Shown one piece after another: positions 39,401 to 48,400 of a DNA stretch of 64,000 nt. Origin of the DNA: an uncultured Candidatus Saccharibacteria bacterium. Lineage in GTDB: Bacteria > Patescibacteriota > Minisyncoccia > Phycocordibacterales > UBA2100. Where the stretch lies: assembly GCA_964633425.1 (NCBI GenBank), contig CAZWFX010000005.1:1750-65749 (forward strand), read 5' to 3'. How positions within the stretch are numbered: the first letter of the stretch is position 1; the number at the start of each line of letters is the position of its first letter. The notes below the pieces were generated by a model. It was not told the origin of the DNA. It was given only the letters and a program-made list of their open reading frames with translations, and did not search any database. Both the position numbers and the translations under genes were made by a program.

Positions 39401-42400
39401 TGTTGTTGCGGTTCCCTTTGTAAAGGTGCCCGATGCGCCGATCGAAAGGTTGCCGCCGATAGTGATCGCGGTCGTTGCAGGTGAGAGTGTTCCGAAGTTG
39501 AGCGTCAGGTTGCCGTCAACATCGAGCGTCGTCGTGAGCGTCCACGTGGCGGCGTTGGAGGCGGTACCGAACGTCACATGATTGAACGTCGAGAGTGATG
39601 CCCCGGTCGAATCGATCGTACGCGTCGACGATGTCGCGGCAAAGATAACCGTTGAAGCATCTTTATTGAACACCGCGTTGTTGTCCCATGACCCCAGGAG
39701 CGTCATCGTGTTTCCGTCCATCGTGATCGTTCCGTTATTCTCGAGTCCGTACACCGATACGAATCCGCTCGACGCACTATCGGGTCGGTACGTCGTACCG
39801 GCCTTGACCCAGAGCTCCACATCCCAGACCGTACCGGTCGAGGTTGCGGTGAGATCATTCCCCGCATCGACATCATAAAAGATGTCGTCATCTGCCGCGA
39901 CACTCATATCAAACTGCGAAATGTTGTTGTTGGTGATCGTTTGGTTATCGTCGGAACCGAGCGAGAGATGTCGCTCGTACAGATTCAAGCCGGTGATGTC
40001 GCCGTTGCCGTCGTACTTGGTGATGCCGACTGCTTCGCTCGCGTCTCCTGCGCCGTCAACAAAAACGGTCACGATGTCGTCCTGGAATACCGTGACGTTC
40101 GCGATCGAGAATGTGCCGCTTCCGGTGATCGTGGCGGTCTTGCCAGTCTGCTTCACGCCGTTGACCGCGACCGCAACGGTACCGGACGTAACGTTCGTCG
40201 ACTGATCATACTGTTGCACGGTACCCTGAACGTTGATGCCTTGCGCCCACGTGAGCGTCCAATCATTGAGTGTCGGACAGTTACCGGCAACACAGGCCAG
40301 GTTTGCCTTCATGCGAATGGTCGAATACGTGATTCGATTCACGTTCGACATGTCGAGCGTCGTTGTCGTGCCGACCGAGTTGCCGGGGATCACGCTGTCA
40401 GGAATGAGCGCCCACGAACTCGTCGAGGTAAAGTATTCGACCTGCAGCTTCACCGTGCTCGAACCGGGCGTCGTTTTACTGAATGATATCGCTCCCCACT
40501 TCGGACCGGTACCGTCACTGAAATTGATGGCCGTCGATGTAATCGAACCTGCAACGAACGCCGGATATCGTCGCGCGACGATATCGAGCGGGATTGTCGG
40601 CGGCGCAACGGTCGTGATCGAGGTCGGCTCGATCTGCTGTTCGGTAGACCAGGTCGTTCCGTTCCAGTACGAGAAATCGTATTCTGTGTTCGCGTCGTCG
40701 TAGAAGAACGCCATAATCAGCCCGTCTCCTGTTCGTACCGTACGCACTTCGGCAGAGTCGGTTACCGTGTTAATGACTGCAGGCGCGGTCGTGGCACTGC
40801 CGTTCCAATATTCATACTCTGCCTGTGTGGTGTCCGAGTGCACCATCATGGTGTAGCCGTCGCGCGATCCTGCAGTTTCGTATTCGCACGAGACAGGTCG
40901 GTCGTTCACGCTGTTACCGAGCGTTTCGACTTCAGTAAATGTAGTCCACGCAGAACCTCCCCATGTGACGTACCCGATATCGGAATCCGCATCGATGTAA
41001 CACATGGTCATTCGATCGGTGCCGACATCGCGGACGATACGACCGCCTTCAAAGTCGTTGCCGGTTGCGACAGTTCCAGTACCTGACCACGCAGAACCGT
41101 TCCAGGAATTCCAAATAAAGTTGTTGTTTGCTCCGTTCGAGACCGCTACGATCGCCTGACCTCCGCTTTCCTCGTATTCGACCGCAATACCCTCGTTTGC
41201 GACGGTCACCTGTGAACCCATCGTCATCGAGTTGCCCCATGACGAACCGTTCCAGACGAGCGCCTCATAATCGACAGCGCCTGTCGTCGTGTCACGAACA
41301 ACCATGATGATCTCGTCGGAGGTCGGATCTGACACCAGTTTGACCCATTCGCAGTTCGTGGATACCGCAAGATTGATCGTCGAGGTTGCCGTCCACGACG
41401 ACCCGTTCCACACGCGATATGTCGCCTCGGTGCCGAAACACGCAACCGCGAGCGCATCACCGGAGGAGGTTTCGTACGCGACATCGAATCCTCGCTGCGT
41501 CGGATCCGAAACAGCCGTGTTGATACGCGCGATATTGCCGGCAGTGTCGGTTGCTCCGTCAATGACCTGGGCATCGACTACGCCGGTCGAGCCCTCGGTC
41601 ATGATGATATATTCGTCGCGCGTCGGAGCTGCTGCCGCTTCCTCGAAACGGATCGTGTCACCCACCGATACACCGGAGAGCTCGGTTCCCCATACGGTAC
41701 CGTTCCACAATCGGAAGCGCGGCACCTGCACAGTACCTTCGGAGTACACCATGAATGCCTCCTTGATCGTAGAGGTAATCTGCGCCTTTCCGCCGCTCGT
41801 TTCGATGTTGTCGAGCGTATCGGACTGGAACTGTTCATCCGTTGTTTGGAACCATGTGGATACGGCAACGGATGTATCGACGGTAAAACTTCGTAGATCC
41901 GACCACACAGACCACACGTTGCCGCCCGTCGGATCGATTGCGCGAACCTTCCACCAGTAGGTCGTACCGTTGGTGAGCGCATCTACAGCTTGTAGCGTAA
42001 AGTTGATCAGATTGTTCTGCGTGAACGGGCTCGTGTCGGTCGATGACGCCGTGTTCGAAAAGCCCGCGTTCAGACTCGAACGCCGTGTTGTAGACGACGT
42101 AAATGCCTGCGTCGTCGATATTGAGACTTCGTACACAAGATCATCACTTTGCGGGTCGCCGGACTTGAACGTAAATGACGGTGTTGTTGTAGCGGTCTTT
42201 TCGTTGTCGAACAGCGTGGTTATTGTCGGTTGTTCAACTGCATAGCCCCAGGCGATGGTCCAGTCATCGAGTCGCGGCGACGCACCGCTGTTCGTCATGT
42301 CGGCCCGGATTCGTATCTGGTTATAGATCGTCGGACTCATTGAAAGGAGCGATGTAGTCCCGACGAAGCCCGTCGAATTTCCCGGCAAGTCCGCATCCGG

Positions 42401-45400
42401 AACGAGGGACCACACGTCGGTGTCGAAATATTCAATGTGATATCGGATCGAGCTCGAGGTCGTGGAGTGTTTGAAACTGAAGGAGCCCCACGCGTTTCCG
42501 GTCGTATGCCAATCGAAGTCAATGAGTGAACTCGAGGTCGTACCGACCGTGAAGCCGCTCGAGATAACGACTGAATCGGTCGATGTTGCCTCGGTATCTT
42601 CGTGATCGTCTGTAGAGAACTGATAGAGCGTCGTCTGTTTCCACGTGGAAATGGTGACGCTCGTGTCGACCGTAAAGCTCTGCGTTCCGGACCACGCGCT
42701 CCATTCGGCGGACTTCGTTCGGTCTTTCGCGCGCACGCGCCAGTAGTAGGTCGTATTGTTCGACAGCGATGACGACGGTATGAACCGCGTAGAGTTTGAT
42801 GGTGTGAAGGGGTCTTTGTCCGACGGCGTAACCAGGTTCTGGAATTCCGCAAAATTGTTCTGTGAATCACGGTCAATATTCACGGAGCTGAAGTCCGACG
42901 CGTCGTCAATCTGCACTTGGTACGTAACATCATCGTTTTTCGGATCTTCGGATACGAACTGGAACCACGGCGTCGTAGACGCGAGCGCCTCGTTATTGAA
43001 CGGCGACTCAAGCGTCGGCGCATCCGGCGGAGAATCGGTGACAAGACTCGGATAGAGATCGTATTCGTTCAGTGTCACGCCGGTGGATGTGACCGCCCGG
43101 AAACAGTAGTTCGTGTTACCGGTTGCGTTGTGCTGGATCACCCAATCGTATTCAAGTTCGTTACCGATTGAAACCGAGAACGGGTTCACCGCCGAATCAT
43201 TTGCTTCTTCGTAGGTTGCGCGTGTATCGCTTCCGGCGAGTAATGTAGACGCGAGGGTTGCGCCGTCGGAAAGCGAAGCGTTATCATACCCGCGCCATTT
43301 TGCAGTTGTTGATCCTATGGCGCCAACATCCTGCCACGTGAGCGACGCACTGCACGTGGCCCCCTCCGCATACTGCAGTTTTACCGAGAGATCCCCTGCC
43401 GAAAGTGACACATTCTCTTCCAAGAGACTCATCCGCAGCCGCAGTACGTCATTTGGCGACGGTGAGTAGATAGTCGGAATCACTGCATCTTCTCCAAGAT
43501 CAGTACCGCCCGACGGCCACGCATCAGAGGGCGTGAGCGAGGTCGCGGCGTTGGCGTACCAGCGGAAGTGCGTTTGCGTCAGGTACGGCTGGCGCTCCCA
43601 CGTGACCGACCAGTCATCGAGCTGCGGCGCACTTGTATTGGTTGTCGTAAACGTCGCACGAACACAAATGCGGTTGTACGTCGACGTTGAGAGTCCGGAG
43701 ATGTTGATCGGCGAGGTCGTGGCGTCATAGCCGATACTGTTGAGACCGGGGTTTGCATTGAGTGCAACATCCGGCACGAGCGTACTGCAGCCGCTACCGC
43801 TGTCATACAAGACCTGCAATTTCACATCGGTACCCGACGGCTCGGTGGTGTGCCACAAGATCTCGCCCCATGTTTGGCGACCCGGCACCTGGTCGAAGTC
43901 GATGGTTCCGCCGGTCATGGTGCCCGACGACGATTCATACGCCTGCGCGACCATGTCGATCGGCTGGTAAAACGGCGTCGTCGTAGCAGACGGTACCGTC
44001 TCAAGCGACGTTGCAATCGACCAGGAGATACCGTTCCAGTCAGAGAAGTCATAGCGAGAATTGACGTCGTCGTGGAAGAACGCAAGCACGCCGCCTGCGG
44101 ATGTGCGGACGGCGTTTACGGTCCACGAGTCCTGTATGGTGCTGATCGCCGCCTTTGCGGTCCATGATGTGCCGTTCCAGTATTGGTACTGAGCAGCTGC
44201 CGTATCGGAGTACGGCAACATAACGTAGCCGTCACGGCCGGTCGTCGTTTCGTAGGCGCAGTCTACAGCGCGATCTGTCTTTGCGTTACCGATCGTGTCG
44301 CGTTCATCCAACGCGGTCGTGAACGCATCCCATGCGTTACCGTCCCAAACGAGCGTACCGACGTCTGCGTCTTCGTCGATGTAACAGAGCGAGAGCTTGT
44401 CGGATCCGTCGTCCGCACGAAGTCTGCCCCACTCAAAGTCGTCGCCGAGACCCTGCGTCTGCGTGATACCCCACGAGGTACCGCTCCATGTCGTCCACAC
44501 GAAACCGCTTGTGTTTCCGTTCGAGGTGACAACCATCGCCTGATCACCCGATTCTTCGTATTTAACTGCGATACCTTCATGGGCGGTATCGGTCATGGAG
44601 CCGAGCGTCTTGGCATTACCCCACGCGCTTCCGTCCCAGACCTGTGCTTCGTACCCGGCGCCAGTATCACGTTCAACAAGGATGATCTCGTCGGACGTCG
44701 GGTCGGATGCGAGCGAGATCCATTCGCAGTTGTTCGCGCTCGTGATGTTGACCGTCTGTGGGGCGCTCCATGACGATCCGTTCCATACACGATAGGACGG
44801 GTCGGCATCACCGTCGCAGTAGACCGACATAATGTCGCCCGACTGTGACTCGTAGGTCAGGTCGAACCCACGTCGCGCGTTGTTCGCAACTCCCGTCGTC
44901 ATCTCGGTGACGGCCCCCCACGTATCCGTAGTGCCGTTGAATATCTGCACATTCACGTCGTTGACGTTGTCTTGCGTGCCGCTCACATACTCATCCCTCG
45001 TCGGCGCGGCTTTTGTTACAACCCACTGAATGACGCCGCCGACGGAATTCGCGGAACTTTCCGCACTCCACGCAGTGCCGTTCCAAATGCGGTACCGCGG
45101 TGTTTGCACGGTGCCCTCTCCGTATACAACGAATGCCTCCTGCGAGGGCGATATTGCAAGTCGCGCAGCGTCTGAACCGAACGTTTCCGCACCGCTCATT
45201 GTGTTTGAATCAAATTGAACGTCGGTCGTTTGGAACCACTGCGACGGCTCGACACCGGCGAGATACGTGAAGCTCGTCGTTGTTGCCCACGCGCCCCAGG
45301 TGCCGCCGCCGCCGCTCTCGCGGGCGCGCACTCGCCAGTAGTACGTCGTGCCGGAGACGAGCGGCGTTTGAACCGAGAACCGAATGCGGTTTCCTTCGGT

Positions 45401-48400
45401 GAACGGCGATGTGTTGAGCGGTGTTGTCAGGTTTTGGAAGCAGTTCGGCGAGCATCCCGTTTCAACATCCGACGTTCTGTCCCCAATCGGTGAGGTGTCG
45501 AGGTCGCTGTCGTCGTCCCACTGGAACTCATAGATGATCGTGTCGGCGCCGTCCGGGTCTGTCGCACTGAATTCAAAGGCGGGAGTCGATGTGCCGGTTC
45601 GTTCGTTTGCGAACAATACGTCGTACAACGTCGGCGCACTCGGCGCTGCTCCGCCCACTCGCTTTGCAAAAATAGCCGTGCGATACGGAGGCAGATGCGA
45701 GTCGGTGGAGAACGACGTTATGTTCACATTGTGCGTATGCGCTGCGGTTGCAACGTTTGTGCCCGCCGCGTTATTTCGGTTGATGACACCGCTCGGACCG
45801 CCGGTCGGTGCGTTGGTCATATCGATATGACTGTGGGTAAACGCGCCTCCGGTTGCACCGTATGTGGTTGAAGCCTTGATGAACTTATTCGCCATGGCCT
45901 CGGAGGTACTGGACGTAGTTGTCCATCCCGTCGGCGGGTCCCCGCTCCACATCGCGATCATCTGATTCGTCGGCGACGATGTCGCGTTCAACTTACCGAG
46001 AATGACCTCGATGTACGGCGGCTCGTTGCTTATGGTTCCGGTCGTTGTTGCAGTGAGTGTGTGCGTGTGCGCAGCCGCCGCGACAGAGATCGCAGTGCCC
46101 GGGTTTTGCGCATTCACGGTTGTGGCGGCAGCGCCGGTCGTTCCGGACACATCGTGCTTGTGCGTGTTGCTACCGCCGGTCGTGCCCGCAGTTGAGGTGC
46201 TTTCACCACGAATATACCGTCCGTTCTGAGCTGTGTAGGCGGTCCATCCGCTCGGCACCGCGGCATCGAACATCGCGATCGCACCGGTCGGGATCGAAGA
46301 CGGCTCGCCTGCAGTATTGAACTGGATGATCGCAAGCTGTCGGTACGCGGGTAACGTGCTCGTCGCAGTAATAGTGGGTGTGAATGTGTGCGTGTGCGCT
46401 ACGACCGGCGTTGCCTGATTGTTCGCCCCCACTGTCTGTGATGATGCAGACGCTGCAACCGCGCCCGTTGCAGTGTGTGCGGTTGTGGCCGCGCCGCCGT
46501 TTGTGCCGGCGGTAGATGAACCCATAACGAAACGCTGGTAGAACGAATCCGCAGGCAAGCAGGATACACACGTCCACCCTGTCGGAATATACGTACTGTC
46601 CCAGTACAAGAGCATGTTGCCGGTTGCGTCGGATGCGATCTTCCACTGGCGAGGCTCCTCGAACGGCAAACCCGACTCGCCTTGTACCTGTGCAGGACCG
46701 AGCAAGTACATGTACGGCGAGATGTCGGGCGCATCGTACGTGTACGAAACCTTCATTGACTCTCCGGATTTTAATTCAACGGGCCACACGAGATTTTTCG
46801 CACCGCCGTACATGCGGATCTCCGCACCGTCGCTCGTGAGAATATCGAAGTCGGCAGGAACGGATTCCACGAATTCGCCTGTAAAGTCGGCACTCGATGT
46901 CAGTTCCAAATCCATCGTGTATGCCGCGACCGGATAAATACGGGTCATACCCGCTCGACGAATCGTGAACGGGACTTCTGCGCGCACCTCGAAGGTGTCG
47001 TACACGCGGTGCACGATGAGGCCGCGATCATCGTATTCAGTGGCCACTGCGGTGTACGAGCCGGGAAGCGACGTCGTGTATACGGCAAGGTAGTCTGCTA
47101 CGTCGATGATGTTGTTGTCGCCGCAGAGGCCGGACTGTTCTACGGACACCGGCGTCGATGTACCGGTGGGGTCCGTGACCGCAAGCCGAATATCGGCATC
47201 GCAGATCGTGTCGCCCGAGTCATCAAGTGCGGCAAGGGCGATCGGTACCGTCTCCCCCGGCCGGTACGAAGACTGATTAATATTCATTGCGAGCACGCCC
47301 CAATAGAATTCAACACGCTCCGTGAATTCGTCGGTGCCTTCGTGCATGACGATGTCGGCCATGTACTTACCCGGTCGGAATTCGCGCGGATGCGTTTTGA
47401 TCTCAAGCGTCCACTGACCGTCCTCGCCGTATTCAACCGACACCGGCAACGTGACTTCCGTTCCGTCGTCACGCAAGAATGTAACGCCGGTAACGCCGAA
47501 CTCGTTTCCTCGTCCCAACAACACGTTGAGACCACGCGATACGAAGTTGCGCTTTGACTTGAACTGGAACTTGAATGCCGGCAATTCATCGCCGTCGAAT
47601 TCCGCGCGACCGAACATGCGCGAGTTACCTTTTTTCTTTGCAAGCGGCTCGCCGCCTTTCAGTTCGCGCTCGCTCTTCAAGAGTTCGCTTTGCAGGTCTC
47701 CGGAGATCGTTGCACCCTGCGCAAGCAATGTGAACTGAAGCGTATCGGTTTCGTTGGACTCGAGTCGCATGCGAACGTACACCGTCTGCCCCGGAAGGAT
47801 GTCGATCGTTTCGGTCGTTTTTGAGAGCACGCGGTACAGCGGCGGCAGGAATCCCGACAGCGAATCCTGGTCGCCCTGTCCGTCGATGGAAACGAGCGGC
47901 ACCCATCCGCTGGTGTAGGTTACGGAACTTTCTGAACCCACTTGCACCTGATCGACGGAGCAGTTCGTATTGTCGTCGTTGAGCACCGAACACACCCGCT
48001 CCTCGTCGGTCGCCTCGCATCGAGACAGCGCACCCGGTGTGGACGTTGCAACGGCGTCGGTCGATGTGGCGTTTACCTCGAGCGGTTTCCATCCGGCGTC
48101 ACACAGATAGGTAACCTCCTGGTACTGCGGTGTTTCTGTTGTCGTCGGGACGTTCTTCTTCAGTTCTGAAATATCCACGACCGATCCGAAACCGCGCGGA
48201 AACGCCGTATACAAACGCACCGAATCCGCAACGCCGCTTGTATTCGTGAGACTCGCATACACAACATCTCCCGTGTGACTGTACGTGACCTTGTCGGCGC
48301 GGATCACCAGCGAGTCGTCGAGGTCGTCGGTATACGGGAACGAGACATGTGCACCGTCAGACAGTACAAGTTCGCCGACCGCACCGCCCTCGTTCAATTC

